Assembly (NCBI GenBank): GCA_030642525.1
Contig: DAOWNO010000001.1
Location: forward strand, 1-31,497
Length of the DNA: 31,497 bases
Direction of reading: 5' to 3'
Origin: Candidatus Aegiribacteria sp.
GTDB taxonomy: Bacteria > Fermentibacterota > Fermentibacteria > Fermentibacterales > JCC-6
The notes beneath the pieces are model-generated. The model saw only the letters and a list, made by a program, of their open reading frames with translations. It was not told the origin of the DNA and searched no databases. The translations under genes were made by a program, and so were the position numbers. This document shows positions 1-9,129 of the stretch, piece after piece; position 1 is the stretch's first letter, and every line of letters starts with the position of its first letter.

Positions 1-557
1 ATGGCAAGGTTGCTTTTATCATCGGTTTCTTCAAGTGTACTTATAGCCCGGTTGTAGTAATTCAGAGATTTCTTACTATTACCTGTTCTATTGAGTATGA
101 TTCCGATATTATTGAATGATGTTGCAATCCCCAATTTGTCACCGATCTTTTCACGAATTTTAAGAGTCTGCATGAAGTAATCAAGGGCCTGATCGAACCT
201 TGCTGTTCTAAGATATGCCGCACCGATTCTATTCAATGCAGTCGCTTTATCCGGGGCATCATTAGTTTCATTTGTAAGTTCAAGCATTCTGAAACCGTAT
301 TCCAGAGCGGTCTGATACTCGCCGATACACTGATAAGCCCAGCAGAGTTCACTCAGAATAATTGTTTCCGATTTCTTGTCTTCAGTATCCTGTAGTAATA
401 TCAGCCCCTGTTTCCCGAATTCAACAACCTTACGTGAATTAACTTCCCTTAATGCTACTGTCAGATCCGCCAGGACTTTAACTCGTTCCAGTCCATACGT
501 ATCAGGAAGCTTCTTCAGGAGAATTTCAGGATCTTTTCTCTCAGATGTTCCAGTCAC
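1..557 (-). CDS. Tetratricopeptide-repeat protein, N-terminal part (runs off the left edge)
   Basis: Hand translation gives an open minus-strand frame from 644 to the edge with TPR-like units (ELCWAYQCIGEYQTALEYG; ALNRIGAAYLRTARFDQALDYF; SFNNIGIILNRTGNSKKSLNYYNRAI). GTG at 557 follows an AGGGG SD-like site; ATG at 644 is an in-frame alternative. Not in the ORF track because there is no stop in the window. Confidence 0.85.
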   Translation of the reverse strand, partial: MTGTSERKDPEILLKKLPDTYGLERVKVLADLTVALREVNSRKVVEFGKQGLILLQDTEDKKSETIILSELCWAYQCIGEYQTALEYGFRMLELTNETNDAPDKATALNRIGAAYLRTARFDQALDYFMQTLKIREKIGDKLGIATSFNNIGIILNRTGNSKKSLNYYNRAISTLEETDDKSNLA

Positions 558-682
558 ATAAACCCCTAACTTCAAGCCATCCAGAACAGGAATTCGGACA
601 AAATGTTCGTACTTCTTGATAGATACTAACTTCGAGGAATTCATATGGCAATACTTACATTAGTATGATAAATTTTGTTGTT

Positions 683-1810
683 TTAGAAAGTATCTGAATC
701 AAAGTGCTTTCTTAAAAGATACCAGTCTCTTCTCCAGCTTGAGAAATGCCGTTCGTCTATCGCGATACGTATCTTTTCCATCAGCACAGAGAAGTAATGA
801 AGATTGTGAAGTGTGGCAAGAATGGGGGCAAGCCATTCCTTCGAATTGAACAGGTGTCTGATATAGGATCTTGTATATGTGCGGCATGCATAACACCTGC
901 ATCCGGGCTGGACAGGAAGATAATCATTTCTGAATCGTGTATTTCTAATGTTTATATGACCGCCGGGCACAAAGAAGCTTCCTCCCCGTGCGTTTCTTGT
1001 GGGAACCACGCAGTCGAACATGTCAACACCAACTGCGACGAAATCCACCAGGTCTTCCGGTTTTCCGACACCCATGAGATATCTTGGTTTATTCTGAGGA
1101 AGAAAATCAATGCAGGACGTAACGGCTCTCATCATAAGTCTTCTTGGTTCGCCTACCGATACTCCGCCAATGGCATACCCGTCAAATTCCATTTCTGAGA
1201 GAACACGAGCTGCTTTCTTACGCAGATCGGGGAAAGCGCCGCCCTGGATGATGCAGAACATTGCCTGCTCTTTTTCCTGATGGATTTTTCTGGCTCTTTC
1301 AGCCCATCTAAGAGTCAGATTGAGGGATTCCTCAGTTCGACTGTGATCGCTGGGTTGCTCCAGGCATTCATCCAGTATCATCATGACATCGCTTCCGAAT
1401 GTTCTCTGTAGATTGATAACCTTTTCAGGGGTAAGAATATGGCTGGATCCATCTATATGTGATTGAAATTGGTAACCATCTTCGGAACGCTTTCTAAGCT
1501 GAGACAGGCTGAACAGTTGAAAACCGCCGCTGTCAGTTAAAATATTTCCATGCCATGACATGAATGAATGCAGACCACCCGCTTCCTCTATCACACTTGA
1601 ACCGGGTCTGAGGTAAAGATGGTATGTGTTTCCAAGGATTATCTGCCAGTTATCCTCAATCAGATCTGAATTTCTGACGGTTTTTACACTTCCCTGCGTT
1701 CCAACCGGCATGAATACGGGGGTTTCGACCGGACCGTGGGCAAGATTAAGCAGGCCTCTTCTTGCTCTGCCTGATTTGCCGAGCAATGTGAATGATGGAG
1801 GATTTCTCAG
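683..1810 (-). CDS. tgt: tRNA-guanine transglycosylase (queuine tRNA-ribosyltransferase)
   Basis: Motifs TPVFMPVGT, LGNTYHLYLRPG, TDSGGFQ, YLMGVG, DMFDCVVPTRNAR and the zinc site CRCYAC. Start is uncertain: TTG 1786 in the track, or CTG 1810 preferred (see findings). Confidence 0.97.
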   Translation of the reverse strand: MRNPPSFTLLGKSGRARRGLLNLAHGPVETPVFMPVGTQGSVKTVRNSDLIEDNWQIILGNTYHLYLRPGSSVIEEAGGLHSFMSWHGNILTDSGGFQLFSLSQLRKRSEDGYQFQSHIDGSSHILTPEKVINLQRTFGSDVMMILDECLEQPSDHSRTEESLNLTLRWAERARKIHQEKEQAMFCIIQGGAFPDLRKKAARVLSEMEFDGYAIGGVSVGEPRRLMMRAVTSCIDFLPQNKPRYLMGVGKPEDLVDFVAVGVDMFDCVVPTRNARGGSFFVPGGHINIRNTRFRNDYLPVQPGCRCYACRTYTRSYIRHLFNSKEWLAPILATLHNLHYFSVLMEKIRIAIDERHFSSWRRDWYLLRKHFDSDTF

Positions 1811-1813
1811 ACT

Positions 1814-3139
1814 TTATGTCCCTTCAGGGTCTGGTGTTGAAACAGGTTGTTCATCCCCCTCCACTTCTTCTTCTACCACTACTGCGGGAGTTTCTTCAGG
1901 TTCAACGATTTCCGTTTCCGGAGCTGATTCCTGCAAATCATCAACTGATGGCTGGATAGGTAAGAAATCCGTTTGTTCGGATTCCAGTGGGAATTCATCT
2001 GTCTCAGTTTCCTGGTATGATGAGTCTTGAGGTTCCGTTACACTGCTTCTGTCTGGTAGCTGAGGAAGCAACAGGGAGTCGTCTATTTCGGGAATGATCA
2101 GGGAGTCAGAAAGCGTGTCAACCAGGAGAGTGGTTGAATCTGTGAATACTGTATCATCCGGAATCATTATGGAATCTGATGCAATCAAATCCAGCTCTAT
2201 CGGTACTGGTTCGGCCTGCAGACTCTCTGAATCACCTGTTAGAGCATCTTCTTCTGTCTCTTGCATGATCGGAGTAAGATATGCAGAAAATTCTATGGAG
2301 TCCGCTGAAGTAGAATCGCCATCCACCCGCAGATCCTCCATGCTTACTGAAAGATCCTCGCCAAGCAGCAGTATGGAATGATCAGGATCAAGCCTCCTCA
2401 CCTCTTCCAGTTCCAGAACAAGATCCGCCTCCATGTTGTTTCGATAATACAGACTTGCCAGCCTTACATGGAATTCGACGCTGTCAGGATAAAGAGTTCT
2501 TAATTCCAGATAGGCAGCCAGAAGTTCTTCCTCTTCCTGCGGCAGCCTGCTCATCAATTGGAGCTGATCAATTTCAGTGCTGACCGCTCTCTCGGGCGGC
2601 AGGAAAACGATGATTGCCGTAACTATCAGAGAGGTAATGGTATACGTAATAACTTTCATCAATGAGCGATGTCTGATGTCCCGTATTTCCTCTTTGGTCC
2701 TGGGATCCATATCGATATTCAGGGGAATTATTTTTGTACCGGATATCAACTGGAGCAGTGTTATCTTTTTACGTGGAACAGGTATCAAACCAATTCCGGA
2801 AAGTATCAGTGGTGGCGTAAACAGAAGCCTGCGTAATGTTTGCCATTCCGATGGATCACGTCCGTGAACGCTGATCTCAGCGAGACCCAGAGCCTCAAAA
2901 GGTGATTGTTCCAGGGTTCTGATCCTCGACTTTTCCAGCCATGCAAGCATCGTGACAGACAGGAGATAGCTCACAGGAAGAAGTAGATGCCAGTTTCCGG
3001 AAAGGAGAAAGAAAAGAGCTTCCAGAAGTAAAGTCCAGGAAAGAATGACTGATATTTCCAGAATATACAATCCTGCGAGTTGTCTGAATTTAGGAGAAAT
3101 CCTGTTAAGCCAGGCATGTTTCCTGGCGGTCAGCGTCAT
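1814..3139 (-). CDS. Membrane protein with RDD-like N-terminus, TPR-like segment and long acidic C-terminal tail
   Basis: N-terminal hydrophobic segments then QSPFEALGL..ISVHGRDP..WQTLRR and ISGTKII (RDD-like pattern); another TM segment (VITYTITSLIVTAIIVFL); TPR-like YPDSVEFHVRLASLYYRNN; D/E/S-rich tail. ATGA overlap with the queA stop. Confidence 0.6.
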   Translation of the reverse strand: MTLTARKHAWLNRISPKFRQLAGLYILEISVILSWTLLLEALFFLLSGNWHLLLPVSYLLSVTMLAWLEKSRIRTLEQSPFEALGLAEISVHGRDPSEWQTLRRLLFTPPLILSGIGLIPVPRKKITLLQLISGTKIIPLNIDMDPRTKEEIRDIRHRSLMKVITYTITSLIVTAIIVFLPPERAVSTEIDQLQLMSRLPQEEEELLAAYLELRTLYPDSVEFHVRLASLYYRNNMEADLVLELEEVRRLDPDHSILLLGEDLSVSMEDLRVDGDSTSADSIEFSAYLTPIMQETEEDALTGDSESLQAEPVPIELDLIASDSIMIPDDTVFTDSTTLLVDTLSDSLIIPEIDDSLLLPQLPDRSSVTEPQDSSYQETETDEFPLESEQTDFLPIQPSVDDLQESAPETEIVEPEETPAVVVEEEVEGDEQPVSTPDPEGT

Positions 3140-4191
3140 TGTATCGACTCCCGTTCTATCAACATGACATCACCATAGCTGTAGAATCTGAACTGATGTT
3201 CAACAGCATATCTATAGGCGTTCATCATGAATTCATAACCCATGAATGCTGCTACAAGACATAACAAAGAGCTCTCAGGAAGGTGAAAGTTTGTAATCAG
3301 GGCATCCACATTCCGGAAGCTGTATGGTGGAAATATAAAGATTCCGGTCTCTCCTGATAAACTCATTTCTGAATTAATATCTATTGTTTCCAGAACTCTT
3401 GTTGTTGTCGTTCCCACAGCGATGACTCTTCTTCCTTCCTCTCTTGCATTTCTGATGGCTGAAAGAGCTTCAGCTGAAACATAATACTCTTCCGGATCGA
3501 GAGTATTATCTTCAATAATATCTGAACGAAGAGGTTCAAATGTTCCAGGTCCTACATGAAGAGTTACATAAGTATGCTCTATTCCCTTTTCCCTGAGACG
3601 GGTCAGCAGTTCCAGGTCGAAATGAAGGCCGGCGGTAGGCGCGGCAACCGCGCCTTTCTCCGATGCATATACAGTCTGGTATCTTTCATCATCCATCTCA
3701 TCAGGGGCGCGCTTTATGTATGGAGGTAACGGCACCTGTGCGGTTCTGCTGAGAGTGTCACCGGTATCTTCGACAGAATTGAATTCAATAATCGCTCTTC
3801 CTTGACCCAGCCTCTTTAGTACAGTGCATGAAAGATCATTTGAAAATTCAATGATCATTCCTGATCTTGCTGCTCTGCCGGGACGGACAAGAGCTTTCCA
3901 GATTCCCAGGCCAAGTTCCCGAAGAAGGAACACTTCAACCTTGCCGCCCGTGTCTGTTCTGTTTCCTGACAGTCGTGCCCTGAAGACCTTTGTATTGTTC
4001 AAAACCAGAAGATCTCCCGGAGAAAGCAGGTCAGGGAGATTGCTGAATACGTTTTCGGATAATTCTTTCTTCGCGATGGTTGATACAAGAAGCCTGCTTT
4101 GTGTTCGGCCAGGAAGAGGTGTCTGTGCTATCAGGTTCACGGGAAGAAAATATTGAAAGTTTTCTTTAAGCAGGTTTCTCTTATCTATCAT
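3136..4191 (-). CDS. queA: S-adenosylmethionine:tRNA ribosyltransferase-isomerase
   Basis: Motifs LVLNNTKV, PLPPYI, RYQTVYA, AAPTAGLHF, TLHVGPGTF, AVGTTTTRVLE, TNFHLPES, FYSYGD. Confidence 0.97.
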   Translation of the reverse strand: MIDKRNLLKENFQYFLPVNLIAQTPLPGRTQSRLLVSTIAKKELSENVFSNLPDLLSPGDLLVLNNTKVFRARLSGNRTDTGGKVEVFLLRELGLGIWKALVRPGRAARSGMIIEFSNDLSCTVLKRLGQGRAIIEFNSVEDTGDTLSRTAQVPLPPYIKRAPDEMDDERYQTVYASEKGAVAAPTAGLHFDLELLTRLREKGIEHTYVTLHVGPGTFEPLRSDIIEDNTLDPEEYYVSAEALSAIRNAREEGRRVIAVGTTTTRVLETIDINSEMSLSGETGIFIFPPYSFRNVDALITNFHLPESSLLCLVAAFMGYEFMMNAYRYAVEHQFRFYSYGDVMLIERESIQ

Positions 4192-6749
4192 GAGAGGGGA
4201 AGTCGGACGGTAAACCAGGTTCCGTACCCAGTTCTGCTTCGTACATTGACAGTGCCGCCTAACTGTTGTGTAAAATTCTTTACGATTGTCAATCCGATCC
4301 CCAGGCCTCGAGTAACCTCTATGTTATTGCTGCCAGTGTAGAACCTGTCAAATACATTCGGCAGGTCTTCGGGAGGGATGCCGCTGCCGGTATTGAATAC
4401 TTCAAGAATCCAGTGAGTGCTGTTGTCCAGTTTTACGTTGATATTTACTGATCCACCAGGCTCATTGTACTGAATAGCATTCTGTACAAGATTTCCAATT
4501 ATCTGTTCAAGGCGTGATCTGTCGAAACTTGCAGTGAAGGGTTCTGAAGGAAATTCCGCCCTTACCGAAACTTTCTGGTTTTTTCCCATTTCAGAGAAAA
4601 TTGGTAGTAGAGAAGAGATGACATCAGCCGGTCGAGCCCAGATAATATTCAGAGCTTCATCGCTAAGTTCTATCTTCATGAAAGTCAGCATTCGCTCCGC
4701 GTACTCAACAAGATCGATAAGCGCAGTATTCATAGCCTTAAGGGAGCTCTTCTGATCAGATGTGAGTTCCCCCAGTTTTTTAGAGATCAGTAGATCTGTA
4801 TGACCTCTGAGAGTGGTTATCGGGGCTCTCATTTTATGAGAAAGACTCAGGAGAAGATCTTCCAGCCCTATATGTTCACTCGGCATTTCTTTTTGCTGCA
4901 TGACGTTATTCTGTTTATCCTCCTGAGTATTTCTGAGTAACCACAGTGACAGGCCAACGCATAAAGTGCGAAGAATCCCTGGAAGAGGGTTCTTAAAAGC
5001 ATCCCGGTGACTGCTCCCCGCTGTGAGAGTTCCTATCGCTCTGCCTTCGGAAATAAGCGGAACAGTCAACTCGCTTCTGGAGGAGGGGAAAATAGATGAG
5101 AATCTTTGATCGATTGCTGTATCAGGGACATAGCACGTTTCCGTGTGCGTGTAAGCCCAGGATGCAACTGATGGAATTTCGAGAGAAAGAACGCCTGGAT
5201 CTGTTGAGGTTCCAGATGACACGAGAGGTCTGAGAACCGGTTCTCTGGAGCTGACCTTGTGTATTACCATATATTCAGCTCCGATGATTGATCCAATTTC
5301 ATCAAGCAGCGTTCGTACGTTTCGTTCACGACCCTTCAGAAGAGCCATGAATTCTGAAATTGAATTCAATAGTTTCACCGTATTTTGTTGATACTGATGG
5401 GATTGTGAATACTGTATAAGTATGGGAACAAGCTGAAGAACTAATCTTCCGAGGGGGTTCAGATTGCGGGATGGTGTTCCTGTAATTTTAAGATGAGCCT
5501 GACCTTGTTTCTGCTGAACCGGAATTGTCAGATTGAATCCAAGAATATCTTCCGTCCATGTATTTTTGCTCTTATCAAGTTGAGCCTGCTCACTTTCAGT
5601 CAGGGATGTGTCTCCAACAGCGACTTTTCTCAATCTGGAGATGTATGCAGCTCCTCGAGCTCCAGTACCAATTCTGAGAAATTCGAGAAGTGAACGAATT
5701 GAATCCTTCTTTCCGTTGAACTCATTAAGTACGTCTATAAGGTTAAGAATAATCTGTCCGGGAAAAGTTTCAGTTTCAGAGCTTTTGCTCATATCAACAG
5801 GTATGAGAAAGACAATCAGGCTCTCTCCATCAGGCATGAGCAGACTGGTCATTTCAAAGTGCATCACAAGAATTTCTGTCATAATCAGTCCTGCTCTGAA
5901 CTGGAAAGGAGCAACCATAGTATCGATTTTACTGTCAATCATAGCAGATACTCTTGCTTTATCTTCTTTTATTATCCAATCACTGAACTGCGTGGTGAGC
6001 GGATTCTTTCCTCCTGAACTGGAGACAATGTGGGTTGCATGACTGTTCAATGCAACTATTGTTCCTTTTCCATTAATCTTCACCGCAGGAATAGGGATTA
6101 CGGAGAAAAGAGTTTTTGCAAATTTCGAGTCATCCTGCTCAAATGTTGTCATTGCCATCGAGGGAGAAGAAAAGGATACAATCAGCAATCTGTTGCCAAC
6201 ACCAACTTTCTGAAGAGATGCAACTAGAGACCTTTTATTCATATAACCTGTTTTAGTCAGAACCGAGAATTCCCTGACCTGTTTCCCTGAAAGGCTTTTC
6301 GAGCTTGCAGAAATAAACGCCGTCATTGAAACCTGATCGAGAAAATCCCGAAGAGAAGTGCCTCTGTATCCGGCAAAGATCTCGCTGGCAGTTTCCGTCA
6401 TGGCGAAAACATGTCCCGATTCATCGGTAAGAATTCCCGGTCTGCCGCCATGAAATGTCTCCAGCCATTCCTCAAGCTCGAGCCTTGAAGTGCTTTTCAG
6501 CGATGTGATGCGGGAATCTCCCGCACTTATGGAGATGGATAGCCAGATTTGTCCGTCAAGGAGTATTGGAAGTGCCCCGTCCTCCTGAAGCGAGAGAATG
6601 TTTAGTATTACGTTTCTATCTATGATGAGTTTATCAAATAATTGAGCCATTAAAGGAGAAATGTTATGTACAATATTTCTCACAAAGGAAATAACAAGGG
6701 AATCCTCCGGGAAAGTAAATTCGACTGTTTTCTTATCTGCGGACATCAT
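4188..6749 (-). CDS. Soluble sensor histidine kinase-like protein (PAS-like, GAF, HisKA, HATPase) with a non-canonical H-box
   Basis: H-box SHKMRAPITTL, N-box RLEQIIGNLVQNAIQY, G1 NTGSGIP, F-box VFDRFY, G2 GLGIGLTIVK. GAF-like segment YVPDTAIDQRF..SELTVPLISEGRAIGTL. Two PAS-like starts (GILTDESGHV; PAVKINGKGTIVALN). ATGA overlap with queA. Confidence 0.85.
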   Translation of the reverse strand: MMSADKKTVEFTFPEDSLVISFVRNIVHNISPLMAQLFDKLIIDRNVILNILSLQEDGALPILLDGQIWLSISISAGDSRITSLKSTSRLELEEWLETFHGGRPGILTDESGHVFAMTETASEIFAGYRGTSLRDFLDQVSMTAFISASSKSLSGKQVREFSVLTKTGYMNKRSLVASLQKVGVGNRLLIVSFSSPSMAMTTFEQDDSKFAKTLFSVIPIPAVKINGKGTIVALNSHATHIVSSSGGKNPLTTQFSDWIIKEDKARVSAMIDSKIDTMVAPFQFRAGLIMTEILVMHFEMTSLLMPDGESLIVFLIPVDMSKSSETETFPGQIILNLIDVLNEFNGKKDSIRSLLEFLRIGTGARGAAYISRLRKVAVGDTSLTESEQAQLDKSKNTWTEDILGFNLTIPVQQKQGQAHLKITGTPSRNLNPLGRLVLQLVPILIQYSQSHQYQQNTVKLLNSISEFMALLKGRERNVRTLLDEIGSIIGAEYMVIHKVSSREPVLRPLVSSGTSTDPGVLSLEIPSVASWAYTHTETCYVPDTAIDQRFSSIFPSSRSELTVPLISEGRAIGTLTAGSSHRDAFKNPLPGILRTLCVGLSLWLLRNTQEDKQNNVMQQKEMPSEHIGLEDLLLSLSHKMRAPITTLRGHTDLLISKKLGELTSDQKSSLKAMNTALIDLVEYAERMLTFMKIELSDEALNIIWARPADVISSLLPIFSEMGKNQKVSVRAEFPSEPFTASFDRSRLEQIIGNLVQNAIQYNEPGGSVNINVKLDNSTHWILEVFNTGSGIPPEDLPNVFDRFYTGSNNIEVTRGLGIGLTIVKNFTQQLGGTVNVRSRTGYGTWFTVRLPLS

Positions 6750-6776
6750 TTACCCCACTTGAATCCAATATGGTAC

Positions 6777-6827
6777 TTGCTGGACGATAAACAAATTCTA
6801 TATTAAAGACCAAGTCGGATAAGGAGG
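6777..6827 (+). promoter_or_regulatory. Putative sigma70-type promoter and Shine-Dalgarno site for the EIIA-guaB run
   Basis: TTGCTG (6777-6782), 16-nt spacer, TATATT (6799-6804); AAGGAGG (6821-6827) precedes TTG 6832. Lies in the 82-nt divergent gap. Confidence 0.4.
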
Positions 6828-6831
6828 GCAT

Positions 6832-7281
6832 TTGAAAAGACCGATATTTAGCAAGTGGAATATCAAATCCGTTAACAGAAAAACCGCAATTGCGGAATTA
6901 CTTAAACTATTCTCATTTCAGAAAACTACCGAGGAACTTCTTCTGACAGCACTTGAAACAAGAGAACAGGCTGAACCGACAATTGTTCATGATGGTATTG
7001 CAATGCCTCATTGCAGAAGCATACTCGTAGATGATTTCATGATTGCTATCGGGAAATCAGAAAAGGGCATCCCCTGGCCCGAAAAAAAAGTAAAGGTAAT
7101 CATACTCTTCATAACTCCTGTGAGACCGTCCGGACCGGAAGAGCACATGAAGTTAATCAAACATCTAGCCAAGCTGCTTCGGACGGATGGAGCAGAGAAA
7201 CTGCTATCAGCCGATTCACCGATTGAAGCAGCATCGATATTAAAATTTACCCTTCAGGAAAGTAATCAGAATGAACAATGA
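6832..7281 (+). CDS. Stand-alone PTS EIIA domain protein (PTS_EIIA_2 / PtsN-like)
   Basis: ALETREQAEPTIVHDGIAMPHCRS contains the family GIAxPH phospho-His motif; VKVIILFITP..HMKLIKHLAKLL C-terminus; strong SD. Confidence 0.9.
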   Translation: MKRPIFSKWNIKSVNRKTAIAELLKLFSFQKTTEELLLTALETREQAEPTIVHDGIAMPHCRSILVDDFMIAIGKSEKGIPWPEKKVKVIILFITPVRPSGPEEHMKLIKHLAKLLRTDGAEKLLSADSPIEAASILKFTLQESNQNEQ

Positions 7282-7624
7282 CCTTAAAAGACTGATCAGC
7301 CTTCACGATCTTGATGTTATGATCTCAGACCTCCAGAATAAGGATATCCGGAAACAGGAAAAAAAACTTGGGCTGTCACCGGCAGCAGCTGTAGTGGAAC
7401 TTAAGAAAATGCGGGGTGAACTTGCTTTATTGATTACCCGGAGAAATCGTAATATGTACGATCAACTTGCCAGTCATTACGGTAACGCTGTAGTTCCCGT
7501 TATTCATGAACGGTGCAGTGGATGTTTTACACAGTTGCCCACTGCTTTTGTTGCTTCTCCTGACAGAAATAAACAGGTTGAAACGTGTCCTGCCTGCGGC
7601 AGGTTCATCTACTGGTGTGACTGA
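7271..7624 (+). CDS. Short C4-type zinc-ribbon protein (zf-RING_7 / DUF164-like)
   Basis: YDQLASHYGNAVVPVIHERCSGCFTQLP..VETCPACGRFIYW; N-terminal LISLHDLDVMI helix; overlaps the EIIA stop by 11 nt. Confidence 0.85.
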   Translation: MNNDLKRLISLHDLDVMISDLQNKDIRKQEKKLGLSPAAAVVELKKMRGELALLITRRNRNMYDQLASHYGNAVVPVIHERCSGCFTQLPTAFVASPDRNKQVETCPACGRFIYWCD

Positions 7625-7653
7625 CCCGGATAAACATCTGGACGGAGAGAAAT

Positions 7654-9129
7654 ATGAACCTTTCCAATATCAGGGAAGCACTTACATACGATGATATTCT
7701 GATTCTGCCCGGTCGATCGGGGATACTCCCTTCAGAAGTAAATCTGACAACAAAACTGGCTCGGAATATCACCTTGAACATTCCCATTCTCAGCGCTGCA
7801 ATGGATACAGTAACCGAAGCTGATATGGCTATTGCTCTTGCGCAGGAGGGAGGCATGGGTGTCATTCATAAAAACCTGTCACCTGTAAGGCAGGCAGAAC
7901 ATGTAAGACGAGTGAAGAGAGCCGAAAGCGGTGTTATCGTTGATCCGGTAACACTTGAAATAAACTCGGTTATTGGTGATGCCCTTGAACTTTCGCGTAT
8001 ACACGGAGTATCAGGTTTCCCGATTATGAACGGTGATAAACTTGCGGGAATGCTGACTAATCGTGATTACCAGTTTGAGTTAGATCCTTCCACTCCAGTA
8101 AGCAGATTGATGACAACGGTGGATGAACTGATAACCGCTCCCCCTGATACAACTCTTGAGGAAGCTCTCGATCTGCTGAGAAAACACAGGCTTGAGAAAT
8201 TGCCTCTGGTGGATAATGAATTGCGTCTTGCGGGGCTTATTACAGTTAGAGATATCCACAATACCATCATATTTCCGAATGCCTGCAAAGATTCTTCTGG
8301 CCGTCTCAGGGTGGGCGCGGCCATAGGTGTGGGAACAGATGCAGTCAAACGAGCAGATGTTCTGGTTGAAGCGGGTGTTGACTGCCTCTTTATCGATACA
8401 GCCCATGGTCATTCAACCAGAGTAGTCGATTCGGTTTCATTGCTTCGGAAGGAATTCCCGGAAGTTTCAATTATTGCCGGTAATGTTGTTACTTCTGATG
8501 CAACAAAAGATCTTCTTGAAGCGGGAGCAGACGGAGTCAAGATTGGCGTTGGTCCCGGATCGATATGCACTACCAGAGTTATTGCCGGAGTGGGATGTCC
8601 ACAGGCATCAGCTGTTTCTGAATGTGCTTCAGCTGCTTCGGAATATAATGCACCTGTTATCGCAGATGGAGGTATCAAGTATTCCGGAGATATTGTTAAA
8701 GCCCTTTCTGTCGGAGCATCGTCAGTGATGATTGGAAGCCTTCTTGCCGGTATTTCGGAAAGCCCCGGTGAGACTACTATCTACAAGGGCAGAAAGTTCA
8801 AGATCTATCGAGGTATGGGTTCTATCGGAGCGATGAAGCGGGGAAGTGCTGACAGGTATTTTCAGAGCGAAATACCCGAGAAGAAGCTTGTTCCGGAAGG
8901 AATTGAAGGAATGGTTCCATTCAAAGGCCCGCTGGTTGACTATCTGAACCAGCTCACAGGTGGTTTGAGACAGGGTATGGGTTACATAGGATGTTCTACT
9001 GTGGCTGATCTTCCCGGCAAAGCAATATTTGTTAAAATTACTCAGGCAGGACTGATAGAAAGTCATGCGCATGACGTGATGATTACTAAAGAGTCACCAA
9101 ACTACACTGTAGATAGAAATGCTTACTAA
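7654..9129 (+). CDS. guaB: Inosine-5'-monophosphate dehydrogenase with CBS pair
   Basis: ALTYDDILILPG, SAAMDTVTE, GGMGVIHKN, CBS segment, DTAHGHS, catalytic GPGSICTTR, IADGGI, YRGMGS, flap RYFQ, PEGIEG. Confidence 0.98.
   Translation: MNLSNIREALTYDDILILPGRSGILPSEVNLTTKLARNITLNIPILSAAMDTVTEADMAIALAQEGGMGVIHKNLSPVRQAEHVRRVKRAESGVIVDPVTLEINSVIGDALELSRIHGVSGFPIMNGDKLAGMLTNRDYQFELDPSTPVSRLMTTVDELITAPPDTTLEEALDLLRKHRLEKLPLVDNELRLAGLITVRDIHNTIIFPNACKDSSGRLRVGAAIGVGTDAVKRADVLVEAGVDCLFIDTAHGHSTRVVDSVSLLRKEFPEVSIIAGNVVTSDATKDLLEAGADGVKIGVGPGSICTTRVIAGVGCPQASAVSECASAASEYNAPVIADGGIKYSGDIVKALSVGASSVMIGSLLAGISESPGETTIYKGRKFKIYRGMGSIGAMKRGSADRYFQSEIPEKKLVPEGIEGMVPFKGPLVDYLNQLTGGLRQGMGYIGCSTVADLPGKAIFVKITQAGLIESHAHDVMITKESPNYTVDRNAY

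Noticed and set aside
746-1198. 150-aa plus-strand ORF and the other ORFs overlapping tgt, the RDD-like gene and queA
   Set aside because: They are antisense or alternate-frame shadows of strongly supported genes, with no motifs.
7082-7366. Two A8 runs (7082-7089, 7359-7366) as phase-variation or frameshift sites
   Set aside because: Both lie in intact frames encoding Lys/Glu-rich segments, and no shifted product is evident.
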